Part shown: positions 1 to 12,299 of the stretch, in pieces
How positions within the stretch are numbered: position 1 is the stretch's first letter
How the letters are laid out: each line of letters begins with the position of its first letter
Assembly: GCA_036172245.1 (NCBI GenBank)
Contig: JAYWIR010000078.1
Coordinates: 248,001 to 312,000, forward strand
DNA length: 64,000 bases
Direction: 5' to 3'
Source: Raillietiella orientalis
Lineage: Eukaryota
Position numbers and translations under genes: made by a program
Notes under the pieces: generated by a model
Told to the model about the DNA's origin: nothing
What the model saw: the letters and a program-made list of their open reading frames with translations, nothing else
The model's database searches: none

Positions 1-1970
1 GCAATAGGTCTTGTGTGCCTTCGGGAAGACAAATTGCCTGCTCATTTCAGATATGATGGCATTCATCTTCAGGAAACGCTTTCTTAAGGAAACCTTGAAT
101 TATTTCGCTCCTTTCATCTGAAGAAGAGGCAGGCATTCGAATCCCGAACTCGACGGAAAAGCGCATTCAATGAACTTTTTCAGTCAGGCAGTTGCAGTCT
201 TAACGAATTGTGGCAGAAGAATATTCATTTCCAGTCGAGAAAGCATTCAAGACAGTGCTGCTTGTGGTTGGTCTCGATAAGAGTTGAACTGTTTTTGCAA
301 GTTCGAAAAGACAGAGAGAGAGAGAGAAGGAAAAGACAAATAATTTAAAAACCGTTCTCCCTGGTATTTCCCCGGTATTTTCCGTTTAAAACAAGCAGCT
401 TGCCCCCCTCTCCCTCCCCCGCAGGACCACTAGCTTTCACAATAAGATTCAGAAGCGAAATCTTCGTAAGCATTCAGGCATAAAGTGCTGTATTTTCGAT
501 TTGCTCTGGACGAGGTGGAGCCATCCTGCTACGAAGGCATTCGAGGGACTGCGTTCTTCTGAATAAACAGGAAGGGTATTTGCGATTTTCCCTACCCCCT
601 TCCTTCAGGAACGCGCCCCCAAATCAAAAAACTTTTCGTAGCTCCGCTCCGTTATGCGTTCATCCAGAGAGGAATTCCATAAACGAAACTTGTCGAGACA
701 GAAAATAACGGGAAAGGGAAACTTGTGCGATTGGGGAATGCTGATCTCCCGAACAAACAAGCCGAAGATTAAACAGTTTCTCAGGTGACGGTGAGCGGAT
801 CTACTGTCAAATTTGCCCGTCTGGCCTTCCAAGCCAGCGCCACGGGAAGAAACCCCGTGGCGGCACCCATTTCCATGTTCTGCGGATGCAAACACTCCCA
901 TCCGCGTCGATGGCTTCTAAAAATTTTCCAACCGATCGTAGAACTTTCTCGGGAGATGGATCAAACGTGCAGTGCGATCTGCGAGTAATCAGATCCGTGC
1001 ACACTGCACACATCGGTAAAAATTCCCCTAACGATTACGATTGATTTACATGATTTGTTGATGCTGTCGAATTGGATTTTTATACATGGGTTCTTGTGTG
1101 TGTTCTTTCTTCGGATGACTCTCTCTTTGATCATATTTTTTTTTTTTTTTTTGTATCAAAAAGCTGCCAAGAAAATTCGTTCCGCAAAGACTTTTCAGAG
1201 AACACGCGCTATCAAGAAACTTGAACGTCGCCTACCTTTTCCAAACTACAGAGAAAGTACACATCATTAGATCACTACAGGGAAAGTATACATTGTAAAC
1301 GGGTTTACAAGGAGCCCCCTGTAAACTCTTTTAGGGGAGCAAAAAAGCTCGAGAAAGGGAATGCTTGATCAAAAGGAAGTTTTTCGGGGGACTGGACTCT
1401 TTGGGAGATCAATTGCTGAATTCTTAAATAGTCATAATGGGGGAGCAGGATCGAGTTCTGATGGTGGATAAAGTTTCCAGAAGGTTCGCACGCAACTGGT
1501 TGCTTCTTTGTATCCTATTAGGTGGCTAGAGATATATTCACGTAGGAAAACTCTGCATCGGGGTTTTTTCTTTCGTTTTTGCTTATGGATCTCACCACGG
1601 CTTTCACGTGACGATCGGTCTCAGATTACCCGTTCTAGGTAATTAATTTTTTTAAGCGAGGCAGCCGAAGAGACCAGAGCACTATTCGTCGGAAGCTGGT
1701 AGGAAACGAATAGCTGCTCATACCCGTCCTTCCTCATAACTTTTGCATCCAGTTTGCCTCGGCTCGAAGCTCCTCTCACCGGAAGAGTTGATCAATAAGG
1801 TGTTCCTGCATCCTTCCAGACAGGAGTGGTTTTTGAAACGGGAGTGAGGTTTCCGGAGTCTTGGAGGTGGAAGCAAGGAGCAGCCTTGCAAATCCCATCT
1901 TCTAGAATGCGTTGCATGACGAAACCCCATGAATTTATCTTTACATTTGAAATTACTGTCTTTTGACAAC

Positions 1971-2022
1971 TGTGTTTGTGTGTTTGTGTGTGTTTGCGTG
2001 TGTGTGTGTGTGTGTGTATGTA

Positions 2023-2056
<34 letters not shown>

Positions 2057-2058
2057 CG
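1971..2058. repeat. (GT)n microsatellite running into (CG)n
   Basis: Imperfect TG dinucleotide array 1971-2048 followed by CGCGCGCGCG; alternating purine/pyrimidine throughout. Confidence 0.95.
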
Positions 2059-3906
2059 ATCGATGAAATACAACAACTCCGAGAGATCTGTCTCTTCGAA
2101 ATAGAAGAAATGCTCTTATCAGATCATTCACGTTAGAATTTGAATAGTCATTGTGCCTGCTGCGTATCCTGGGAACAGGAGCCCGTAGAAGATGCAAATG
2201 AGTTCATCAGAGTTCCCGCTGTGCTGCAGCGGGCGCAAAAGCAAAGCATTTGTGAATTTGTGAACACGATGCACCATCTAAACATTTACCATCGCCGATC
2301 GCAATGTGCCGGGCAACTCCTGCCATGGGTTTGATTTTTCGTGCTGTGCATCGTTCCACTTTGGTGCCTGCGGGAAGTTAAATTACATGGGCTCAAGTGA
2401 CGCTAAGGTAAAAATTCATTGGTGAACCAGCTGTGCCTCTAAATGTTCGATGCGCTCGCAGAACATGGGTCGGTGGGGTATGTACGGGAAAGGGTCGATT
2501 TTATTGGGAAGAACGATTGGCAAGCAATTATGCTAATCAGGCTTGCATGAATGAATTTTCAAGGAATAGACGATCCGTTCCAAATAATGGCTTCGTTAAT
2601 GAATTGCAACCCCCTATCGAAAAAAAGGAAAGAATATGTACATATGTTAGCATGTGTATTCGAAAGTACACCAGCCCGAATATTTTCCGACTTGTGCGTA
2701 CGCGTACGTGTGGAAACTGGTTTTGTGGTAATAAGCGTAATCCATCCAAAACATATATGGAATCCACAGGAAACGATTTTATACAAACTCGGGAAAACAC
2801 GGTGCAGCCATGTACCTGGAACTCGGTTGGGACAGGAATGAAATCCTCCGTTCGGCGATAACGTTAAGGTTAGACTTAGAAAGAAAAAAAAAAGGCATCA
2901 ATTACTGAACAGAGTATAACTTCGGCTATTAACGACGATTTGTACACGGAGCTGCTGCTTTGCATAAGCAGTAGCTGAGAGGCGCACTCGAACTGATTCC
3001 AAATGGGGCCAGTGTTTTAAATGGGGTTGCAGGGATTTTCGGTTCGGAAAATGGATGAGTTTTAGCATGAAATCAGAACTAATGAGTCAGAATGCAACTC
3101 AGGTTCGAGCTCGGTGCTCTTTCATACCGGTTTCGAGCATCTGCAGCTCATTTGTAAGAGCTCGAGTGACGCTTTCGCGTGATAGAACCAGATCCAGGCG
3201 GTGAAGACCCAAAAGCAAAGGACAACGGTTTTATCAGGTGTCTTCATTAAGCTGCCAAAAAGTTGCCAAAAAAGGTTCGGAGCTGCTAAAAAAGAAAAGG
3301 TGATGCAGAATTCGAGAAGGGTTGCGTTTTGTCCATTTCACAGACGGTTCCGTGGAACAGAGCTACGCCGAATAATCCGCGGGCAGAACATTAGAAAACC
3401 AGACCCAGGCATCCACTGGTCACCACTGTTTTTGCTTTAAGAGAAATGAAACGTTTTCGTGCACACGGATGAATTTCTTGTGATGCAGTGAGGGGCAGCA
3501 CAAGAGATGCGCGAAGTGCTTCATTTTACAGAAACATCCCAGCCTTGATCATCGGAGTACTGTAATTGGCTAAATATATCGAAATGCATCTTGGATGATG
3601 GTCTCTTACTCCGTTCTAAATCGCTCGCGAACCATCACGCCGGGAAGATTCTCCTGGAAGCTCGGGTTTATTCATTTAAACGAATCTTTGCGATTCCTAG
3701 ATTTCTATGCACTTTTTTTTTTTTTTTTTTTCGCCCTCCTTCCCTCTACTTCCTCCAGTTTAAAAGTCATGTTTCAGTGGACGGCCTTCATCTGCAGCAC
3801 TTTTCTATTTCCTTTTGCTAACAAACACGGTCATACTTCAAGACGGAGAGCTTTCCAGAGCGTAGTTCGGGATCCCTCCATGTTCGGAGCAGTGGAATCC
3901 ATGAAT

Positions 3907-4044
3907 CCAACGAATTACGCAAATTAGGAGCTCATGGAGCCAACGAATCAAGTGAATTAGGGATACACCAAACCAACGAATTGTGTGAATTAGGCGTGTG
4001 TGGACCCAAAGAATTATGTGGGTAGGGCGTGCGTGGAACCAGCA
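3907..4044. repeat. 33-bp minisatellite, ~4 diverged units
   Basis: CCAA(C/A)GAAT motif starts at 3907, 3940, 3973 and 4006 (exact 33-bp period), with a partial unit at 4039. Confidence 0.85.
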
Positions 4045-6344
4045 GCGACTTAACCTCAGGAAAAAACTTCCCGACTGGGACTGGTATCTCCTCCAGAAAC
4101 TCAGTTTGTAGGGATGCTAAGACACTTTCGGAAGAATTTGCATCAAAATTGCATTTTTCAAACTCTTGCGAATTAAAGCCGAGAAAAATAGGAAGGATTC
4201 CCATATCTTGCAATGGAATGTGCATATTTAAGACAGATGACGGATGAAAATATGTAGCTATCTGGCATGTGACAATAAGGAAACATGCAAAACGTCTCTT
4301 GATCCATCAGGCATCTGGAGCACAAACCAGTGGAATGCCGAAAAGTGGAAACTAGGGGAATCACGAAAGCATCAAACGATGTGGAATTTTATTGCATTTC
4401 TACACGGGTTCCACGGAACACACGGTGTTTTGCAGGCTTTTCTGCTCGCTGCTTGGAGACTTGGTCGGGTTCGTTGGTTTTCTTGCAGCATTACAAAAAG
4501 ACGTACTCAGAGAACACAAAGCGCAAGTTTAATAGAAGAAATTATCTCCACCATCATTCCTTTTCTATGGAGTTTCCAGTCAGTTTTCAGGATGAGGAAG
4601 TTTCCCCTTGGAAAAAGTCACGGTAAGTTCCAGGTGCGCATTCCTTTTTGGAAGACATGGGGCGGGTCCCGGAATGATGACCGATCGTGAATGCTGGTGC
4701 TGGGCACTGGAAGACTGAGGCAAGCTGCATGAATGTAGATTCTGGACGCCACAATTATTCCCCACAGCTGCATAATACTTATGTAATTGCGTGCATGCAT
4801 GCGCATGACAATAAAGACAATATAAACAAACACAAATGGCTTACACAAATGGCTTTCTACATCCTACATGAATGTTATTTAATGATTCCACTGACTAGCA
4901 AAGTGCTTCCGTTAGTACAGAGCCATCAACGAAGATCGCACAAGAAAATGTTTCAAGAATGGATTCCGCTGGCTCCATTTTTTGCTTCCGTGTTCAGATT
5001 TTCCTCCTTTTTTCTTTCTTTCTTTCTTTTTTTTTTTTGAGGCTTGCAGTGCTTTAGGTCCCCGTATCGAAAAACTTCGTGCCGTAGGAGGAAGGCATCA
5101 AGATGGAACAAGATCACAGCAAGAGGAGCTCACAGAGTCGTTTAGCGAATGATGTGTTTTCACGCCGCACACTTTAGCTCTTGAGTATCTGAAAGACATG
5201 TCCCCACTCCGGTATGCATCTTCTGTTATCGAGGTTTTCCAGAGGAGTCTTTTGTCAAACTGAAAGTGATTCGAAAAAGATTGGAAAAATGGTTCAGAGG
5301 ATAACGCAGCAGAAGAGCAAGAGAGTGAATTTTGAAATATCTGTGAGCACCGCAAACAAATTGGGGAGCCGTTTTCATTAGATGCAACAGCAATGTCTAA
5401 TTATTACAGAAAGCAGTGCAGTCGATCGAACTGTCCTCGGAGGGCATTTGCAGCAAAAGTCCACAAAGAGGCGGGCCGAAAGATAAATCTTCGTTGCATT
5501 CGCTAAGACTGTCAAGTCAGATAATCCTCGTTTTCAATCAAATCAAGTTTAGGGATCTGTTAAGTGGTTCCTTTTTTTTTTTTGAGAAATAAGGATGGAC
5601 GTGAAAACATTGCAACTTCGAATGGATAAGGAAGTAATGTGAGATATTTTTGAGATTGCTGAAGCTCATGAGGTACTCATAAAGCAGACCGTAACGAATC
5701 TCCGTCGTGGAGATTATGGTTACTATGACAGTTCAGTGAGTGAGAAATCTGCCGAGCATCACTGTCGAAATTTCCTTACCTTGGCGGCTGCTGAAGTAAT
5801 CTCTCACCGAAAGACGTTTCATTTTGGGGAAATGAAGATGTGTGAACGAAGCAGCCATTATCAGAAAGGACAAGGCAGATGAGGAGCGGCATCTACTCTG
5901 AAGACAGTTTTTCTGCTACCATCGTTACATTTCACGTGATTGGACAAAGAGAAAGGCTCTTTCTACTTGACTGTCGCATGATAGTCGTGAAACAAATTCA
6001 TATTGAAATAAGGGAACTTTTTTCACTAAAACACCATTGCACAAACATTGGGAAACTCTGAAGGTGTCGTTGTGTTCGGGAATTTCGTTTTTTCCTACTG
6101 TCTCTGAATCTCCAATCTTTCCAAACCAACACCAAGGCTGATGTCCTAGCACGGGGCTATTTGAAAAGCGCAGATTTACTATCTTTGCCGCGTCTCTGAC
6201 TCTTCACATAAAATTCAAACCCAGGAAGGAAAGGACTGTGAAGGAGTGCGGCACAGAATCTCTACTGAAACGACCCCGAAGGATGTGAGGAAAAAGAGAA
6301 AACTGCACATCGTGAGGATTTTATCCAGCAAATCTACAGAGGTC

Positions 6345-6396
6345 ACCAAATATTGGGCGACCACAACATCTATTTTGTGGTCGCCGAATATTTGGT
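6345..6396. repeat. short inverted repeat / hairpin (22-bp arms, 1 mismatch, 8-nt loop)
   Basis: ACCAAATATTGGGCGACCACAA ... TTGTGGTCGCCGAATATTTGGT. Confidence 0.85.
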
Positions 6397-7384
6397 TGTG
6401 CGTGGTTGTGATTTTTTGATAGAGTTCTTGGAAATTTTTTTTTCCTTCGTTTCCGTCGTGATTTACCCTTACATTTGCAATTTACGAGCGTTTCTTGTTT
6501 TGTGGAAATAAATTCGTACATCGCCCATTACTCGACTCGATCGTGTCCATTTTTTTTTTCTTTCTTTTTTTTAAACCGTGCTTCTCTCGGATCCTTCAGA
6601 AGGAACGGTTGTCGGATTTCCTCTTCTTTTTGCCCTCCTGTTCCGGAAGCGCTAGAAACAGCCGAAGTGCAGAGTTCCTGTGTAGCAGCATCAGAAGATA
6701 CAACAGGGTCGTCTGTTTTTTCTGAGGGCTGTAAAAGGGCCGAAAGAGTGGGCTCGAAGATGGCATCCTAAAAATTCGCTACGGAGACGATCGTTAATCA
6801 CAAGCACAGAACGCTAATTTCATTTCATGGAAGCAGGAAAAATCAGAAGCGAATGCAGATTAACAACAGGCATTTCCATTTGCTAGGTATCGGGCCGTTT
6901 CTTAAGGTCTAGCTGATTGCATCTATTCTTCATTACAATGGTTCTTGCCCTATTCATTAATTACTCTTCATCAACTCGGTACTCTTCCTCTTTTTCTGCA
7001 AAGGCAAATTCTTATTATTTATTCTTAGAAACCTTTCTCAGGAGAAACAACGAATGCCAGAATCCCATGCTGATTTTGTCTCGGGGTGATATCTACCTTT
7101 CATGGGTTTTCGGAGCGTTGCGAGCACTGAATAACTATTACCTGATTAATTCATTCAACGTCCGCTGATAGATGCGTTCACCGATTGGAAGAATGCCTTC
7201 CCGGCTCGGAAGACTCGAGATCTGGTTGTATTGGCGTTTCCAAAATTCAGTACGCCGCCAATAAATAATAGCAGTTCATAGCAGAAGTTGCCGCATGCAA
7301 AAATCGTAGATCTCTTAGCTGGAAGAACGTAACAGGCATGGGAAGCGCTGCAAAGTCATCCGCGGCTGCACGCAGCATCTCAGC

Positions 7385-7600
7385 AAGAAGCAAGCGTCCG
7401 ATGCCCTCCTCTTGGGAGCTCCGATTCAAGTGCTAACCGCGCTTTTTGTGAAACAACAGCCTTCCAGGACGACCAGCTGTGTGGTTGTTTCTAGAAGTGA
7501 TCATCGTTGAAGGGGATGAGATGGATGCTGCAGAGGCTATCTGGCGTGTGCGACGGAGCGGTCAGTTGTTGGCGGTCAGGTTTCCAGTACTTCAGTTTCC
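7385..7600 (-). mobile_element. possible hAT transposase C-terminal dimerisation domain relic
   Basis: Frameshifted minus-strand peptides KLKYWK ... RQIASAASISSPS ... GRLLFHKKR ... IGRLLL follow the hATC pattern (LxWWK..YP.L...A...L.IPASS..SER.FS.AG...KR.RL). Motif level only. Confidence 0.3.
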
Positions 7601-8639
7601 TCGGAAACAAGCCGAAAGTTCCTCGTCGAACGGGAGCTGTCACAGGGAACGATGTGGAGAAAGCGACACCTTCTGAGCCGCTTTCAAACTCTGTTAACCG
7701 AAGAAGAAATTTCGGACGACTCTCCCTGCATAAAAGACACATATAGCAGGCATACGTAGTGAAACTGAGGAAGATTCCTCAGAGTTCGCTGATTCAGTTA
7801 TCGAACTCACGAAAGGGCACAAAATACGGATGCCTAAGGAGACTGCGAATATTAAAAGCAAAGAAAGAAAGAAGGCTCTTTGTTTTACCAATTATCATGC
7901 GCTAAGTCTTTTTTTTTTTTTTTTTTTTTTTAGTACATTAAAAAGACCGTTGTCCACGAGAGGACAGACGATTATTGGACACATGGAGCGTAGGCAGTCA
8001 CGGCAATTCATAAAACGTGTCAACGGGAGCTTTCCCAGTTGCGAAAAGCATCATCCCTTAACACCCAAGTTTCATCTGTGGCGCTCTTTGCCATCTCCGC
8101 CGTTCCTGTCCACAAACAGCACGACATTTTTCTTGTATGATTCCCGTGATGAATCCCTTTTCTATTTCCTCGTCCGATGATTGAAAGCTCAAACGGCGGA
8201 AACAGCAGCGAGTGCGCTGGCATTTGCATGAGATTCGCGCGGGAATCCCACCGTGCTGGAGAACCGCGTTGCCCAGATACGGCGGACAATAGCGCACCCG
8301 TTTCTGAGAACCGTCTGCGGAATCAGTTCTCCAGGGGAAGAAAGATGAGTACTCCCGCTGCAAAGGGGGGAAGGGGAGGGGGGAACAAGTGCGATTTTCC
8401 TCATATCGGCTGCCATTATCCTCCGGGATAAACCGTTATTAATACGAACCGAGAGGACAGTTTGTCTTCTCCCGCAGTCACCGTTGAGAGGTACGCGATC
8501 GCATCGCACTCTTCTTAGCAAGGGGTTTCCGGGCGTGCCGTCTGCTGGAACTCTGCAAGCGGCGGGTTCGTAGCAACAAGGAAGCAGCACCGTTTCGGGC
8601 TCCGGAAACTTCCGGGTTCTTCTATTGCGCCAGCACGGT

Positions 8640-9200
8640 GATTAGCGGTAAACGGCGAAGTCAGACTGCCTCCGGGGAATCCATCTTCCTTCGGAGATTT
8701 TGTAGGAATCGCATAGGTTCCCTGATCGCTCCCGATAGCTGGTGATCATTGGGAATGAGTACGTGGGAATGTGCTCTTGGATTCTCGCGTGACAGACCGA
8801 AAGGAAGAAAAGCAAAGCTCTTGCAAGAATGTGAACCACTGAGGTCGCGCCCTGAGAGGAGGCCAGAAAGACAAGGCACCAACAACCGCGTGTTTCAAAA
8901 ACAACGGGAGCGGGGAATATGCGCTCGCGAGGGCACCATTCCCACTGCGTTCTCAACCTTCAAACCGGCCGAAAGAACTACCCATGCCAGCTCCTGCTCC
9001 ACGGCCTCGGATGTCCCAGATCATTCCAAAAGATGTCAAGGGAGAGGTGAATGTTGGATCCTAAGGTGTTCTACCTGGGGGTTATCGATCTCTCAACACC
9101 ATCTCAGCTCCACGCCTCGTTCCTTGGGTTCAAGAAACTCAAGGATCCCGCGCCGAGTGTTCTTGGTGGAGCAGAGACTCCTTTTTTGACTCACTTGTAA
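8640..9200 (-). mobile_element. degenerate non-LTR retrotransposon (Jockey/I-like) RT C-terminal relic
   Basis: Broken minus-strand peptides QVEHLR, RPQWFT, IQEHIP and RWIPRR resemble the Jockey-type ORF2 C-terminus (V.YLG; GAPWF; I.E.I). Many frameshifts. Confidence 0.3.
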
Positions 9201-10289
9201 ACCGTCGGTGGTCCTCTAACTTTGATTTTCTTCCCTTTTCTCCGAAACCTCTGCTCTGGGGAGTGCTCTAAGTAAAGGCGACGTTTCGAGCGACAGCTAT
9301 GTCCCTGCTCTTGCAGCAGAAAGCGGGAAAGGCAACAGAAAGGAGCAGGAAACTGACGGTGGGCGCGGCTTAGTGGTTGCAGGTCTCCGTTCTTCCGATT
9401 AGCCTTTCAGACACGTGCTGCTATCTGGCCGTATCTCCGTGAGATTAGAGGCTGGTTGCCGTGACAGGCATTTCACACACACCTACCTGCACCATTCCCG
9501 CTGGGAATATCCGGCACAGGCAAAATCACAAAGTGCTGAAAGCATCCCCCATCAAGACAAAGCGGCCCTCTTCACCCCGATTCTCTCCCTTCCTTCATTT
9601 TTCCTCCCATAAGCTGCAACCAATGCGGCCTTAGAACATCACCTCTTCACCTCCGCCAAGTGACCCGAGAGCACTCCTGGATGTGTGCAGGAGAAGGTCC
9701 ACAAAAATGCAAAGCGAGAGAGAAGCGATATCCCCGAGGTTGCTGATCCGTTGCCACGGCGCTAACCGGACGCTCCCCATCCTAGCAGTCCGGATTTCAG
9801 CATGCCTTTCCAATTGTAATAAAGACCTCTTGGCGAAGAGAGCGACCCCGAGGATCGATCAGCGCTGCAAGTGAGCCTCGATGTTCCGCGAACGACAACA
9901 GAGTGTAATGCGGGAACTGCTCCTCCCTTAATCCTATCTTCCTCTTACTTTTTTTCCCTTCTTCTTCTTCCTTCTTCTTCTCCCCTTTTGCTTCCTCTTC
10001 ATCCTTCTTTCTTGATGCTCCTCCATCCATCCGACGGTGCAGTCACGTAGGGAGGAGGAAAGAGTAGAAGGGCATCTGTTTTTAGCTGAGCAGCTCCGCC
10101 TCCCCCACACTCTGGGTTTGGTCCATCTCCCTCAGCCGCGGTCGCCTCGCTCCCGTTCTCTCGGACGGACGCAGATACCGATGGCACCTGTCGGCATGTC
10201 AGGAGGAGGAGAGGTGAGAAGATTACAGGGCAACTGAGCATTCCTCACGTGTCCTTCGATGGATCATGGACCCTTTCACTCCTCCCATC

Positions 10290-10700
10290 TGTCCCGAGGA
10301 GGACTTTTTTTTGGACATCTCCACTTTTGCGGCGGAGTCCTTGTGAGCCCATCCACCTCTGCTTTCGGCGCATTCGCGTCCGTCCCTCGCTCCCGGAGTC
10401 TGCCTTTCAGGAGCGAAAGATGCTCCGCTGGAGCGGTCGAGAGCACCAGGAGGCGCGTGATCTGCCTCGAGGGCATCGCGTGGGTGTGGAGTGCGAGCCT
10501 CCGATTTTTCTCTACTTCTGCTCCAAAGCGACGGAATCGACGGATCGCACCCCTGGTCTCCGTCTCGGGAGGCAAACTCGGGGTCGGCGGGTTCCACAGG
10601 AAGCCAGGCTGACCTCACGCGAGGTCCTCTGGAGAAGCGGCGGCTCCATCTGCGTCCCTGAACGAGGATGCTTCGAATTTTTCGCTCCGAGCTCACTCTC
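10290..10700 (-). mobile_element. L1/Tx1-like ORF1 (Gag-like RRM + zinc knuckle) relic
   Basis: LPPETETRGAIRRFRRFGAEVEKNRR...ITRLLVLS...WRCPKK matches the LP.E...L.RFG.V...R.+.M....C..C...GH...CP layout of Tx1 ORF1. Confidence 0.45.
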
Positions 10701-12299
10701 CCTCTCCACTTACTCTCGACTGTAAGAAAAGGTCCTCTCCGTGCTGTGAGATCCGGGATGGATCGCCAAGACGACCTCCCTCCTCGCTTGCCGCCGACGT
10801 GCGGCGCTGAGACGGTCTCCACGTGACTTCCGCGGCGGTTCCTCAGCAGCTATCCGGCATGTGGACGACCATTCATGCTCTCGCCTATCGCGCATCTTCG
10901 CGTGCATCCGTCATCTCAGCGCGCCGTTGCCATGCGATCTCCACCCTCTCGTTCCCGCGTCTGCAGAAAATCGATAGTCGATTAGAAACTTCGTGATTGA
11001 TGGAAGGGGGAGAGGATGGTCTGGAGTGCTTGGGGACGCCGGACGCCAAGCCGACTCTTGAAGGAGCTCCGCGGCTTGCTCGGGAAGAGGAGGAACGGAG
11101 AGTACGGGATCTGGTCAGTAGAGAAGGGCTAGAAAGAGCGTCCGCAGCATCCGGATCCGCGCGCCGAGGAAAGAGGGGATGAATCGACAGCATCTTCACG
11201 TAGCAGGAGGGATATCCGCCACGCGAAACTGGACGCCACCCCCTCCCTCGAGAGCTTTTGAGAGAACGGATTGCTGGACCAGCAGGAAGGATAGCGCTTG
11301 TCCCCATCGTCCTCGCAGCAAGGGGTCGGCAAGCGACCCCCTGGTCGGCCATTGGGGGACTCTGGGAGTAAGGTGCTCCGGGCCTGGGCAACTTGATGCG
11401 CCTCTCTTCCGCAAAGGGATCAAGAAGCTTTTGTGGACGACTGCCGCTCCCTTTGCGTCCCTCGGGGAACGTCACTCTGACAGCAATGACCAGCCGTGTC
11501 CTCGTAAGTGCGAGCAGCTCCGTCAGGAAAACGCCAGAGCGAAATTTTCCCTCTTCCTTTCTTCGCCCTCTTCTTCCTCGTCTTCCACTTCCTCCTTTTC
11601 CGCCTATTCCTCTTCTTTCCTCTTCCTCGTCTTTCCTTCTTCCCTTTCGTCCCTTCCTCCCTCTTCCCTCTTCATCCCCCTCTTTTTTTCTGTCTCCTAC
11701 GCCATCAAAGCCACTGGAACCATGGCTCGAGAAGGAGAAGGAGTCTCCCTGGGGAATCCGGCATCGCTTCTGGCTCGCAAATCCCCCCAACCCCCCGGAT
11801 GGGGAAATTGGGAGAAGAGAGCGACAGAAGCTCCTCTCGGTTCGGTCGCTTTCCCCCCGGGGCAGCCTCCCCACTCCTTCGGAGCCAGGGGAACGCACGA
11901 CTCCAGGACACCAGCGAAGGGAGCGGCGGGGGCGCGGAAGGCGAAGCGGAGGAGCAGAATTTCCACGGTTTCCGCAGCAACCCCGGAGGCGGGGAAAAGC
12001 GGGTGGGAGGAGGAGGGGATGATAGGGCTCAGTCGGCGGTGCTCAGCTGCTGCCGCCGTTCTTCGGGATCATAGAGGCGGTTCAACCAAGAGGAGCTCGG
12101 CATCCTCTGTTTGTCTCATCTTCGGATGCCGAGGGATCGGGGAACGCGTCTTCTCGAGGTCGTGGTCTCCCTCGCTCTCCGCCCTGGGCCTCCCTTCTGG
12201 CGCACGCCGGAGGGCGGAGTTGCCGGGAGATCTACCCTCTCTTTTTCTTCTCGTGATGCGCACGCGGAGAGCCCGCTCGGCTCCCCCACTGCCACCCGC

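Noticed and set aside
3907..4044. Repeat-spacer appearance (CRISPR-like)
   Set aside because: The units are contiguous 33-mers similar along their whole length, the context is eukaryotic and there are no cas genes; it is an ordinary minisatellite.
5400..6150. CR1/L2 endonuclease relic (KADRN/RRGD-like)
   Set aside because: Too degraded to support as a feature.
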